29,562 nucleotides of DNA from the IMG/VR virus record IMGVR_UViG_3300002835_000092; one strand, 5' to 3'. Positions 8,909 to 18,422 of the stretch are shown piece by piece. Position numbers and translations under genes: made by a program. Position 1 is the first letter of the stretch; the number at the start of each line of letters is the position of its first letter. The notes beneath the pieces were generated by a model. The model was not told where the DNA came from and did no database searches. It saw only the letters and a list, made by a program, of their open reading frames with translations. This stretch comes from an uncultured virus (IMG/VR IMGVR_UViG_3300002835_000092) (lineage: Duplodnaviria; Heunggongvirae; Uroviricota; Caudoviricetes).

Positions 8909-9939
8909 GTGAATTTGATTAAAAACTCTTCTAAAGATTCTTTTCCTTTTCTGTGTAATAAATCAGAAGGGTCTGATATACCAATAACATTTAGTTTTTC
9001 TGGTAGCCACAAAGAATTACATTTATTAGGAAAATAAGAATTGATTAAATTACTGATTTTTTGAGAACTCTCAATCCCTTGAGTATCATTATCAAACCAT
9101 ACAATAACTTTATTAAATCTTTTAATTATAGGAATTAAAATTGTAGAATCTGGTATCATACCTTCATTCTGAAACCATATTGCATATTTACCATTATTTA
9201 TAAGAACTCTCCAGTCCTTATATGATTTAGTAATAATTAATTGATTTCCAAAAGGAGGTAATTTATTTAAACCACCAATATCATCTTTTGTACAAGTAGA
9301 AACAAATCTACCTTTACCTTCTCTATAAGGAAAATAAAGTTTTTTTCTACCATTATTAAAATCTGTATATCCATAGCAAATATCATAACATCTACTACTG
9401 AAATCTCCTTTTTTTGAATTTGATATATGATATTTGTTAATCGCAAAAACTTTATCTTCTATCAAATTCTCTTTAGTTATTCCATATCTATTTTCCCAAA
9501 ATACACCATCTTTTTTTAAAAATGGTCTTGAATCAAAATTAATTATTACTTCTTTTCTTTGTATGATATGTTGGATTCTTTTTTCTGCAATTACATTCTT
9601 ATTCTTTATTAGTCTGTTATACACATATTCAAGTGTAAGGTAGAAATTAGAAATTTTAAAGTATTGCTGTACAGCATCAAAACAATCCATAGGTTTATTA
9701 ACTCTGCTATTAGCATAATCAATAAATCTTAATTTTCCAGTATGAGATGTAGTTCTTTCAAACCAACAACCTGGATTTCTATCATTTCTAAAAGGAGAAG
9801 TAACATAACTATATTCTTCTGGTTGAAAACCAAAAACTAATTCAAAAATCTCTTCTTCTGTAACATATTCAAGAATAACATTTTGATTAATAAAACCTCT
9901 TCTATCAGTATTGTCAGATGTAAAAACATTCTTATTCAT
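8905..9939 (-). CDS. DNA primase (DnaG/TOPRIM type, crAss-like)
   Basis: N-terminal SPFRNDRNPGC (ZBD remnant); TOPRIM motifs IITKSYKD and WFDNDTQG; C-terminal SDPSD. Confidence 0.85.
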   Translation of the reverse strand: MNKNVFTSDNTDRRGFINQNVILEYVTEEEIFELVFGFQPEEYSYVTSPFRNDRNPGCWFERTTSHTGKLRFIDYANSRVNKPMDCFDAVQQYFKISNFYLTLEYVYNRLIKNKNVIAEKRIQHIIQRKEVIINFDSRPFLKKDGVFWENRYGITKENLIEDKVFAINKYHISNSKKGDFSSRCYDICYGYTDFNNGRKKLYFPYREGKGRFVSTCTKDDIGGLNKLPPFGNQLIITKSYKDWRVLINNGKYAIWFQNEGMIPDSTILIPIIKRFNKVIVWFDNDTQGIESSQKISNLINSYFPNKCNSLWLPEKLNVIGISDPSDLLHRKGKESLEEFLIKFT

Positions 9940-9958
9940 ATAATATTTTTAAAGATGG

Positions 9959-9966
9959 CAAATATA
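9959..9966 (-). promoter_or_regulatory. possible Bacteroidetes housekeeping-sigma -7 element (TAnnTTTG) upstream of primase
   Basis: Minus strand TATATTTG about 20 nt upstream of the ATG in a short intergenic gap; no clear -33 element. Confidence 0.35.
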
Positions 9967-9994
9967 ATAAAAGAGGTTTATTGTTTAATGATTT

Positions 9995-10753
9995 CTACCA
10001 AGTAGATTTTTGAGCAGCACCATTTCCAGGTTGCATATTAGCTGCTTGAGCTAAAGTATTATTTGCTGTCTCTTGACCTTCAATTTGTTGATTAGCTTTA
10101 AATCCTTCCATAAAGTTTTTATCTTTATCAATAGGATGTACTTGACCATTTTGATTTACATAAGTAAGAGAACCATCTTCTCCTCTTTTTTCTAACCAAA
10201 CACCAACTTGTGCAGGACAAGTGAAATAACCACCAGTCATATTTTTAGGTACTTGAAGATAAGTTCTATCCTGACCTTCTGAAATTTGCCATTGATATTC
10301 CAAGAATACATCTACAGGTTTTGTAGCAAAATCAGCAGGAACAAGACCTACTAAAGATTTAATACCAGCAACAATATCAGCAGGATTGATAGTTGCAACT
10401 ACAGCATCAATTTGAGTTTGTACTACACCTACTGCTTTTAAACAATGTTTGATAACAGCAACTTTTTGACCCATAGAATCAAAATACAAATCTTCATATC
10501 CAGCCTCACCAGGATTTACTTTAGTATTATTTTTACCAAATAAAGCTCCTGTATCTTCATACAATCTTCTTCTGTATTCTTTTTCATCTACTTTGAACCA
10601 AATATCTACTGCATTTGCTGGACCATTATTTGCTCCACCATCAGTAATAAATTCAAACTTTGAGATAAAACCTTGATTTAAACCAAATTTACCTGATGCT
10701 TTACTTTTTAATGATTCATCTGTATCATTAACTGCGAAAATGTTTTTAGTCAT
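9995..10753 (-). CDS. hypothetical replication protein, possibly ssDNA-binding
   Basis: 252 aa with beta-rich N-terminus and flexible tail; lies between the ATPase and primase. Function inferred from position only. Confidence 0.6.
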   Translation of the reverse strand: MTKNIFAVNDTDESLKSKASGKFGLNQGFISKFEFITDGGANNGPANAVDIWFKVDEKEYRRRLYEDTGALFGKNNTKVNPGEAGYEDLYFDSMGQKVAVIKHCLKAVGVVQTQIDAVVATINPADIVAGIKSLVGLVPADFATKPVDVFLEYQWQISEGQDRTYLQVPKNMTGGYFTCPAQVGVWLEKRGEDGSLTYVNQNGQVHPIDKDKNFMEGFKANQQIEGQETANNTLAQAANMQPGNGAAQKSTW

Positions 10754-10784
10754 AACTATTTTAAAATTTTAAATGATTAATTAA

Positions 10785-11141
10785 TTACCAAGTACCATTA
10801 GCACTTGTAGGAGCAGTAACAGCTTCTTCTGCTGTTTCACCTACAATTACATCATCTTGATTCTCTTCAACTGTATCAATTACTTCTTGTACAGCTTCTT
10901 CTTCAAAAGCTACTTCTTGAGTAGTATTTGCTTCACCATCTGTATCATCAATTAAGTTGATAGCAAATTGTTTTTTTGCTTTACGATTTTTCAATTTTGG
11001 ATGTTGCCATACAGTTGCTTTCATAGCACTTACAGTTTCTCCGAAATGAGCAGCAATTTCTTCTCTGCTTTTACCTTCATCTAATAAAGCTAATACTGCT
11101 GATACAGTAATATCTTTTTTAACTTCTTGTTCTACTGACAT
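10785..11141 (-). CDS. small HTH-like protein with acidic tail (118 aa)
   Basis: ATG at 11141 (MSVEQ...) preferred over TTG at 11177; LLDEGKSREEIAAHFG is HTH-like. Confidence 0.7.
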   Translation of the reverse strand: MSVEQEVKKDITVSAVLALLDEGKSREEIAAHFGETVSAMKATVWQHPKLKNRKAKKQFAINLIDDTDGEANTTQEVAFEEEAVQEVIDTVEENQDDVIVGETAEEAVTAPTSANGTW

Positions 11142-11154
11142 AATATAAACTAAT

Positions 11155-11322
11155 TTAATTTTTAAATGTTTTTTCAAGCTCTTTTGCTTCTTGAGCTAAT
11201 CTTTTGTTTTCTTCCTCTTCATAAGAAGTTTCTTTTGCTGTTTTAGATAAAAACAACATTAAAATGAGACCTATATTTAAGAGAATACTAACTACAAGAA
11301 AGAATATTAGTAATTTTTGCAT
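11155..11322 (-). CDS. small membrane-anchored protein (55 aa), absent from ORF track
   Basis: MQKLLIFFLVVSILLNIGLILMLFLSKTAKETSYEEEENKRLAQEAKELEKTFKN fills the intergenic gap. Confidence 0.7.
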   Translation of the reverse strand: MQKLLIFFLVVSILLNIGLILMLFLSKTAKETSYEEEENKRLAQEAKELEKTFKN

Positions 11323-11329
11323 AATATTC

Positions 11330-12010
11330 TTAATTATAATTCATCAATGCTTCTAATATGAATTGATAATCATTACTGATTTTTGGTTCAAATAGATTCT
11401 GTGGACTTCTTGCTGTATTAAAACCATTATTTTGAGTTTCTAAAATGTAACTCAAACCTTCTGTTGATTTTTCAACCATACTATAAAATACAGATTCAAG
11501 TTTACCTTCTAACTGCATTTTAGTAGCCATGTTACCAAGAACTTTTAACCTTTGCATTGTTTCATTTCCAGATTTGAAAGTTTCAATATGTCCTGTAATA
11601 AAAGCATATCTTTCTTGTTCAAATCCATTGTTAGCTAAACCAGCATCAATATGGTTAATGATTTCTTTGTAACTACTCGGAATAACATGAAATCTATCTC
11701 TTGGGTTAGCTTTCTTACCATATTCTTTGTTACCACCTTCCCATACAGGATTCTTGTTATCAGCATTATACCAAATATTAGTATCAGGTAATAAAGTTCT
11801 CATACCAGAAGATTTTCCTGTACCAGGTTCACCAAGAATTAAGATTAATTCAAATCCTCTTCTTTGTAGGTCTCCAATGAAAGTATAGATGTCCATTCCA
11901 TAATCTTTCCACTTGTCATGCCCAGCTTTTTTTTTATCTCTCATGTATTCTTCATTCTGAATACCAGTAAGAGTATCAACACAAATTGTTCTTATTTTTG
12001 TATCTGACAT
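11330..12010 (-). CDS. phage P-loop ATPase (AAA_24/Sak4-like) with permuted motif order
   Basis: Walker A GEPGTGKS at about residue 60; Walker B-like TICVDT at residues 8-13; later ITGHIE and LEG motifs. Confidence 0.75.
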   Translation of the reverse strand: MSDTKIRTICVDTLTGIQNEEYMRDKKKAGHDKWKDYGMDIYTFIGDLQRRGFELILILGEPGTGKSSGMRTLLPDTNIWYNADNKNPVWEGGNKEYGKKANPRDRFHVIPSSYKEIINHIDAGLANNGFEQERYAFITGHIETFKSGNETMQRLKVLGNMATKMQLEGKLESVFYSMVEKSTEGLSYILETQNNGFNTARSPQNLFEPKISNDYQFILEALMNYN

Positions 12011-12012
12011 AT

Positions 12013-13224
12013 TTATTTAATTATTAATTGTTTAAATTTCTTAATTCCTCCTAACATATCTACTCTAAAATGTTTAGGATAGATAGTATGCCTACTTTCT
12101 ACAAGATGAATACTTCTCATATAAGGATATAGTAAATTGTTTGCTCTGTCCTTAATCATTTTTCCAAAATGTTTTGTTAGATTATATCTATCATCATTTG
12201 GATTAAAAATTGTAAGCATAACATCACAATCTTCTGCTAAATTACCTGTTTCTTTGACATCATCTGAATTTGGATATAACATATCATCCTGCTGTTTAAT
12301 TCTATTAGTGTCTGTCATAGACCTATTTAGATGTATAATATGAACAAAACTATACTTAAAAGAAATTTTCATTTCTACAGCATATTCTGAAAATTTATCA
12401 ACAGTTTGTTTTGCAGTAAATCCTCTTTCAGGAATAAGTTTTCTTAAATGGTCAGTAATAATAAAAGTATATTTTTCAGGATTATTTGGTTCATATTTCA
12501 TAATTCTTTTATGAATTTTACCATCAGCTCCTGTAAACTTACTATATGTAATTTTACCATTTAATTCAGCATGTTTTATTAGATAGTTTCTGATACCTGT
12601 AGGATTGTCTTTATTTTCAAAAAAACTAATTATACCTTTTTTTATAAGGTCTCCTTTGACATCATATTCTCCAAATAAAGGAATTATTCTATTTTCATAA
12701 ACAGTTTTAATTGCTTCAAAAATAGCAGGTTTGACTTTAATCATCTTACCATTATCATCAGATAAAATACCTCTTAAATAATTAGAAGATAATTCAATGA
12801 TATTTTTTCCTTCATACAAAACACCTTCATCCAAACTAATATTCTGAATACCAAAATCATAGTTTAAGAAATGAGCAACAAAATCAAACTCTTTACTAAT
12901 CCTGTCTATTTCATAAGAATAATAGATTATTTCTAAATCTATATGAGAAATATTATGAATAGATTTTATTTGTTCTTTTGTAAAACCATCACTCAAGAGT
13001 TTCAAATATTTGAAATTATTATTAATAACAAATAAACAAGGACCTATAACAAAACCAGCATCAACAAGTGTTGATTTTCCACCTTTAGCTGCACCAGCAA
13101 CAACATAAATCATTGCTCTTTGTAAATCATTAATAGCAGCAGAAATGTTTTCTAAACCTTCTCCCATAGGAAGACCTTTATTTGCTCCTTCTTGTCCTTT
13201 TTTATATGCTTCAATAAGATTCAT
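12013..13224 (-). CDS. replicative SF4 (DnaB-like) helicase
   Basis: Walker A AGAAKGGKST, YSYE, Walker B IITDH, HLNR and ETGNLAEDCD. Confidence 0.8.
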   Translation of the reverse strand: MNLIEAYKKGQEGANKGLPMGEGLENISAAINDLQRAMIYVVAGAAKGGKSTLVDAGFVIGPCLFVINNNFKYLKLLSDGFTKEQIKSIHNISHIDLEIIYYSYEIDRISKEFDFVAHFLNYDFGIQNISLDEGVLYEGKNIIELSSNYLRGILSDDNGKMIKVKPAIFEAIKTVYENRIIPLFGEYDVKGDLIKKGIISFFENKDNPTGIRNYLIKHAELNGKITYSKFTGADGKIHKRIMKYEPNNPEKYTFIITDHLRKLIPERGFTAKQTVDKFSEYAVEMKISFKYSFVHIIHLNRSMTDTNRIKQQDDMLYPNSDDVKETGNLAEDCDVMLTIFNPNDDRYNLTKHFGKMIKDRANNLLYPYMRSIHLVESRHTIYPKHFRVDMLGGIKKFKQLIIK

Positions 13225-13760
13225 TACATCATTGTATTATTTGAACCACTTCTACCATTTTCAGAAACAGTCATCTCTTTGTATCTATTTACCCATTCTA
13301 ATAAATGTGATACTTTTTCAGCACCTTGACCTTCATAAATAAATTTATGAGAAGTCTTTAAATACATAGGTTGTGTAACTGTTCTTAAATACATTTTAGT
13401 AGCTTCCATTACTTCATCTTGTCTAATTGCTGGATTATTGATAAAGAAGGTTTTCATTCTTGCAGCAACATTTCGATAAGTTCCTTTTCTGTCCTTATTA
13501 ATATTACTAAATTCTTCCATCCAATCTTTAACCCATTCAAAACCAGTAACTTGTTCTTCAAACAAAGGAACATTCCAATCAAGAGTTTTAGATTTTTCAT
13601 CTAATACTAATATTCTTGTTCTATTCATTTTTTCTACTAAAGCTAAAGGAGTATAAGAAGGTTTTACATCATAATAAATAGATAACAAATAAGCTATCCC
13701 ATCATTTACAGGAATACCAAAGGTTTTCAGTACAACATTTATTTCTGGATTTATTAGCAT
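13224..13760 (-). CDS. hypothetical protein, possibly helicase loader/initiator
   Basis: 178 aa, stop overlaps the helicase start; function inferred from position only. Confidence 0.7.
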   Translation of the reverse strand: MLINPEINVVLKTFGIPVNDGIAYLLSIYYDVKPSYTPLALVEKMNRTRILVLDEKSKTLDWNVPLFEEQVTGFEWVKDWMEEFSNINKDRKGTYRNVAARMKTFFINNPAIRQDEVMEATKMYLRTVTQPMYLKTSHKFIYEGQGAEKVSHLLEWVNRYKEMTVSENGRSGSNNTMM

Positions 13761-13957
13761 AATTGTTTTTCTTTTTGGATTAATAATTCTATCTCAACAG
13801 TTTCTTCATAAGAAAAAGTCCTATTTTCATCATTAATTACAGTAATCTGTTCTCTGGTAAACATAGCACCAGGATTATCTGTTTTAGATAAAATAGCATT
13901 TCTTTTTAATGTAGTAATCTTATTGAGTTTCCCATCTTTATACAATCTTACATTCAT
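13754..13957 (-). CDS. hypothetical protein (67 aa)
   Basis: Overlaps both neighbours in operon style. Confidence 0.6.
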   Translation of the reverse strand: MNVRLYKDGKLNKITTLKRNAILSKTDNPGAMFTREQITVINDENRTFSYEETVEIELLIQKEKQLC

Positions 13958-15197
13958 TACTTTTTTGTTTTAAAGATTCATAACTAATATGCTCTATTTT
14001 AGATTGGTCAAAATTAGCTAATGCTGTATTAGACCATACCTCATCTTGTGTTTCATCACAGACAATTATCCAAATATGAGCTTCATGTCCAGGTCTAAAT
14101 CTAATCAATCTTCCTATTCTTTGAATCAAATCTTTTTCTTTTGAATTAAGTTGAAGAATTAATCCTCCATCTAATCCAATAAAATTATGACCTTCATTGA
14201 TAGCTTTCACACAAGATAATTTTTTAATTTCATCTTTTTTAAAAGCATTATAAAAAGTATCTCCTGATTTAGAGTGGAAAGTTTCTTTACAAATTTTCTC
14301 TGCTTTTTCTATACTACCACAAAATATCAGAGTTCTGTCCTCTTTATTAATATGATTATTTAGAATATATTGAGCAGCAATGAATTTACTTTCAAGATTA
14401 TAAATAAATCTCATTCTGTTAAAAGTAGAAATTTGTCCAGGTCTTGTAAGACATAAAGTAGATAAATAGTTATATTTAGCTAACTCTGTCTGAAAGAATG
14501 GTTTATCTTTACTACCAGATTGAACATTTTTAATAACATTGTCTAATTTTGTATGAACAACAGTAATCTTGTATGGAGCAACAAATCCTAACTTAACAGC
14601 ATTATCTAATGTTAGACTATAAACAACATGAATACCCAATCTTTGAAAAATAAGTAATTTTTCTTCATCATTTGGTACAGTAGCTGTTAAAGCTATAACA
14701 TTTTCAATATGATTGTTACTAAACAATTCAGATGCTAATTCAGTCATATTATGACACTCATCAAGAACACAAGTATTAAAATCAAAATCTTCAATTTTAG
14801 AACCAGAAGCATAACAAAGTTTTTCAGTTTTATCATATAGAGATAATCCTTTCCATTTACTAAATTCTTCTTTCCAATTTTCATCTCTTAATTTCTCTGT
14901 TGGTACAACTAAAACATTGTCATATTTAGAACCTTGAGGATTGTAATGCTTTAACAAATCAATAGCAACTTTACTTTTTCCACTACCAGTAGCCATAGCC
15001 ACAAGACCTCTCCCTCCTGCATTTATAACTGCTTGAGTAGCTTCTTTTTGTACAATAGCTCTGACTTTATTAACAAAGATTGTTACATCTTCTTCTGTTG
15101 TTAATGCTTCTCTTAATGCTAAAACATCATCTACACAATCTAAAATAGAATTGTGTTTTTTAAGTAGCAAATTTAACTTTTTTAAAACTTCTTTCAT
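13938..15197 (-). CDS. superfamily 2 (DExH) helicase
   Basis: Motifs MATGSGKS, LDECH, LTAT and QRIGR. Confidence 0.92.
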   Translation of the reverse strand: MKEVLKKLNLLLKKHNSILDCVDDVLALREALTTEEDVTIFVNKVRAIVQKEATQAVINAGGRGLVAMATGSGKSKVAIDLLKHYNPQGSKYDNVLVVPTEKLRDENWKEEFSKWKGLSLYDKTEKLCYASGSKIEDFDFNTCVLDECHNMTELASELFSNNHIENVIALTATVPNDEEKLLIFQRLGIHVVYSLTLDNAVKLGFVAPYKITVVHTKLDNVIKNVQSGSKDKPFFQTELAKYNYLSTLCLTRPGQISTFNRMRFIYNLESKFIAAQYILNNHINKEDRTLIFCGSIEKAEKICKETFHSKSGDTFYNAFKKDEIKKLSCVKAINEGHNFIGLDGGLILQLNSKEKDLIQRIGRLIRFRPGHEAHIWIIVCDETQDEVWSNTALANFDQSKIEHISYESLKQKSNECKIV

Positions 15198-15409
15198 GTT
15201 AAAAACTTTTTTTTATACCTAAAAGGTAAGATTATAATTTCTGCTTTAAGATTATCAGGTAAATTCATATTTTGAAATATTGAATGTGTTTTATCAGAAA
15301 TGATTTGTAAAGGATATACTTCTATATCATACAATTCACTAATTATCATACTCAATGATTTAGCATCAAATACAACAATTGGACCAAGTAATTCAAAATT
15401 AAATCCCAT
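15194..15409 (-). CDS. hypothetical protein (~71 aa)
   Basis: Fills the gap between polymerase and SF2 helicase with an ATGA overlap; ATG at 15409 preferred. Confidence 0.55.
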   Translation of the reverse strand: MGFNFELLGPIVVFDAKSLSMIISELYDIEVYPLQIISDKTHSIFQNMNLPDNLKAEIIILPFRYKKKFLT

Positions 15410-17510
15410 TATTTTTCTCAATAACATTAATGATTTTATAAACTTCTGCTATGTAATAAGGATAATAAATAATTTTCTTTATTTCTTCATCTGTAATCAT
15501 TTGATTGATAACAGTACAAAGAAAACCAGCTTCATAATTATTATGTCTTACTTTTTTCACCAGTTGTTTAAAATCTTCAAAACTCCCCTCATAACCTTGT
15601 TCAACAGTAGCAAAAGAATAAGCATCTCTCAATTTCTTACTATCTTTAGGTTCTATAGGGGGCATTTGTTTTATTAGTGATATACCTTGACCTACATTAT
15701 GATATTTTTTAGTTTCTTTAGTATATACTACTTCCCCTGTTATTAAATATCTTGTAATTCTCTGAATCTCGTTATCAGATATTGAATTACCATCTTCATC
15801 ATATACTACACTCAAAAGTCTATCAGTTTTATTAACTTTAGTTCTTTTAAAAAAGTCATATAAATCTGTATGATTGTAAATAAAAGTTTGAACATCTATT
15901 CCATGAACAAAATAGGCTTCAAGAGCTTTTGGAATCACTAACATAGAAAAGTTCTTATGTAATTCAAGTTCATATTCATAAGTACCTTTCCTTTTGACAC
16001 CACCATAGTCATAAATTGCAAGATAATTATTTACATTACTTATTACCATTTTAGAATAAAATGCTTCTTCTAAAATTAAACCTGTTAAAGATTCCCATCT
16101 CTTACAGATTAATCTGAACAATTCTAAATCTTTTTTCTTAATCTTCATAGTCAAACCATCAGTATTAATCTGTAACATTTCATAGAAAGATAATTCTATT
16201 GTCAATGTTTCAGCTAACATACATAAAAGTAATTGACCATTTACACAAGTTTGTACTACATATTGCTTATCACATAAAGGACTAAATTCACTACCTCCCT
16301 TACCATAAGAACCATTCCCTGCTAATTTCATTGATGTGTTTTCAGGAGTTTTCTTTGGATATAGTTTTCGTTCTTCTTTAATTTCTTTATGTACTTCGGC
16401 ATAAACACCTTTAAGATGTTCAGGTTCAAAATTGAATTTTTCAGACATACTTGGATAATATCCAGCTACATCTATATCAACAATCAATTCATCTTCTGCT
16501 GGTGTATAACAACCTGCATCAATTGAACCATGAATACCTCCAACTCCAAAATCATATTGAAAACCTTTATATACAATATTCAAATTTTTCTGCTTCCCAA
16601 CAGTTTTATGAACAAAATAATAGGGTTCTAATGATTTCAAATCATCAAAAGGAATTTTACTAAATACTCCATTTAATTCTTTGATAGTTTTACTTTTAAA
16701 CCAATTAAGAATTTTTTGAAATGGTTCTTCTCTGAACACAATAAAAGGGAGAATAGTATCTCCAATATTTATTGTTTCTCGAATAGTATTTCTTGGTAGT
16801 TTTCTGATTCCTCCTGATTGAGTTTCAAACTCTGTATAAACAAGATGTTCCCCTGCTTTCTGGATAATCTTACTAATAAAAATATGTTCTCCTATTTTAA
16901 CATCATTGAAGTTTGTAAAATCAATGTTATATTTAGGTGAAAGTACCTCTCTTAATTCAATTCCAGGTAGAGTTTTGAAAAAGGTTAATTCTGTAGCATC
17001 AACATCATTATCACAATACTCAATAACTTTGTAAATTTCTTCTCTTGTTAAATATGTTCCTACAGGATATGGTAACTCTTGTATATTATTCAATCTCAAG
17101 TTAAATTGTAAAAGTTTTAAAGAAGTCATTTTTGCCTTATTATCAAAATGATTAATTTTGAATAAGTCAATTTGCTTTCTTAATGGAGTAGTTGCTTTAC
17201 TGAATCCACTACCTTGTGTTTTAATTTTTTTATCACCAAACTTAAATATAGAAAGACAAGCATCTTGTGCTGACATATTCATACATTTAGTAATAAGATG
17301 ATGTAAAACAGGATAATCATAGAATAAATTATTAAATCCAATCATATTTTCTACATCATTCAATAACCATTTTGCTAAATCACCTCTTTCATCTGCTAAA
17401 CAACTGATTTGAAATTTCTTTCTTTCCTTTGTAAAAGGATTTTTAGCAGATAGTAGAAATAAATTAGGATATGATTCTTCATCATATATCCATGTAGATT
17501 GTTGATTCAT
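15399..17510 (-). CDS. family B DNA polymerase
   Basis: Exonuclease motifs YDEES, GFNNLFYD and YCDND; polymerase motifs DIDVAGYYP, KLAGNGSYG and INTDG. Confidence 0.93.
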   Translation of the reverse strand: MNQQSTWIYDEESYPNLFLLSAKNPFTKERKKFQISCLADERGDLAKWLLNDVENMIGFNNLFYDYPVLHHLITKCMNMSAQDACLSIFKFGDKKIKTQGSGFSKATTPLRKQIDLFKINHFDNKAKMTSLKLLQFNLRLNNIQELPYPVGTYLTREEIYKVIEYCDNDVDATELTFFKTLPGIELREVLSPKYNIDFTNFNDVKIGEHIFISKIIQKAGEHLVYTEFETQSGGIRKLPRNTIRETINIGDTILPFIVFREEPFQKILNWFKSKTIKELNGVFSKIPFDDLKSLEPYYFVHKTVGKQKNLNIVYKGFQYDFGVGGIHGSIDAGCYTPAEDELIVDIDVAGYYPSMSEKFNFEPEHLKGVYAEVHKEIKEERKLYPKKTPENTSMKLAGNGSYGKGGSEFSPLCDKQYVVQTCVNGQLLLCMLAETLTIELSFYEMLQINTDGLTMKIKKKDLELFRLICKRWESLTGLILEEAFYSKMVISNVNNYLAIYDYGGVKRKGTYEYELELHKNFSMLVIPKALEAYFVHGIDVQTFIYNHTDLYDFFKRTKVNKTDRLLSVVYDEDGNSISDNEIQRITRYLITGEVVYTKETKKYHNVGQGISLIKQMPPIEPKDSKKLRDAYSFATVEQGYEGSFEDFKQLVKKVRHNNYEAGFLCTVINQMITDEEIKKIIYYPYYIAEVYKIINVIEKNNGI

Positions 17511-17512
17511 AA

Positions 17513-17746
17513 TTATTTATAATTTTTACCAGTACCTTTATATGATTTGTCTTGTTTAGAAGGTTTATGAATTTTAAAAAATCTTCTTCTATTAGACAAC
17601 ATTAGATTTTGTTGAGGTAATGGTTGTTTGTGTTTAGGATGTATTTTTTCTTTTTCAAATCTATAAAACTCTGGAGTATATATAGTATGATATTGAGGTA
17701 TCAATCCAAGATAACCAATAAGATAGGTGAATTGTTTTACAGCCAT
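17513..17746 (-). CDS. hypothetical basic protein (77 aa)
   Basis: Tightly packed ORF with ATTATG start context. Confidence 0.65.
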   Translation of the reverse strand: MAVKQFTYLIGYLGLIPQYHTIYTPEFYRFEKEKIHPKHKQPLPQQNLMLSNRRRFFKIHKPSKQDKSYKGTGKNYK

Positions 17747-17750
17747 AATT

Positions 17751-18149
17751 TTAATATTCTATAATTCCTGAATCTCTAATTTTCTCATATAAATCCTTTT
17801 TTTGAGCAGGAAATAAAGCTGTATCATTTATAAACTCTTGTAGGTAGGTTTTTCTATCTGAAATGGTTGTTAAATTAGTAGTTTTTAGACTTCTATCAAC
17901 TCTATTTATTATTTCCATTACATAAGTAGCTCCCTTTTTCATGTGTTCAGCATCTTCTGATTTTACAGCAAATACTTTATTTACATAATTTTCTAAATGA
18001 GGAATAGAACCTTTTACACTTTGTTTTGCTTTCAATGCTAAAAGTTTATTCTCTTCCATAATTTGAAATCTTTCAATTAACATAGTTGCTAACACAAGAC
18101 TTTCAATCATTATATCACTTAATTCTTCGGAACTCAATTTATTACTCAT
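17751..18149 (-). CDS. hypothetical helical protein (132 aa)
   Basis: ATG at 18149 (MSNKLSS) overlaps the upstream stop by 8 nt. Confidence 0.7.
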   Translation of the reverse strand: MSNKLSSEELSDIMIESLVLATMLIERFQIMEENKLLALKAKQSVKGSIPHLENYVNKVFAVKSEDAEHMKKGATYVMEIINRVDRSLKTTNLTTISDRKTYLQEFINDTALFPAQKKDLYEKIRDSGIIEY

Positions 18150-18420
18150 TAGGAATAATTTTAGAAGCAATAATATTATTATATACTTTTTCTCCTTTGA
18201 TTGAACCAGCAAAGTAATATTGAACAGAAACCTTTTCTCCTATTTTCCATTGAGTATCTAAATCAATTCGTGATTCAAAAAATACTATTTGTTTTTCATT
18301 AGTTTCTACACCAATTGTCCTTTTGTTAAATGGATTACCATCTCTTCTCTCTATCTGAATTGCATTTGTTACTGCAATTATCTTACCTTCTAAACTATAA
18401 GTTTTTCGATTACTACTCAT
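18142..18420 (-). CDS. DUF3127-like OB-fold protein
   Basis: LEGKIIAV...FNKRTIGVET...IGEKVSVQY...YNNIIASKI pattern typical of Bacteroidetes DUF3127. Confidence 0.65.
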   Translation of the reverse strand: MSSNRKTYSLEGKIIAVTNAIQIERRDGNPFNKRTIGVETNEKQIVFFESRIDLDTQWKIGEKVSVQYYFAGSIKGEKVYNNIIASKIIPNE

Positions 18421-18422
18421 TT

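Noticed and set aside
15399..17510. Introns or inteins in polymerase, primase or helicases
   Set aside because: ORFs are continuous, of ordinary length, and show no splicing motifs that I could recognise
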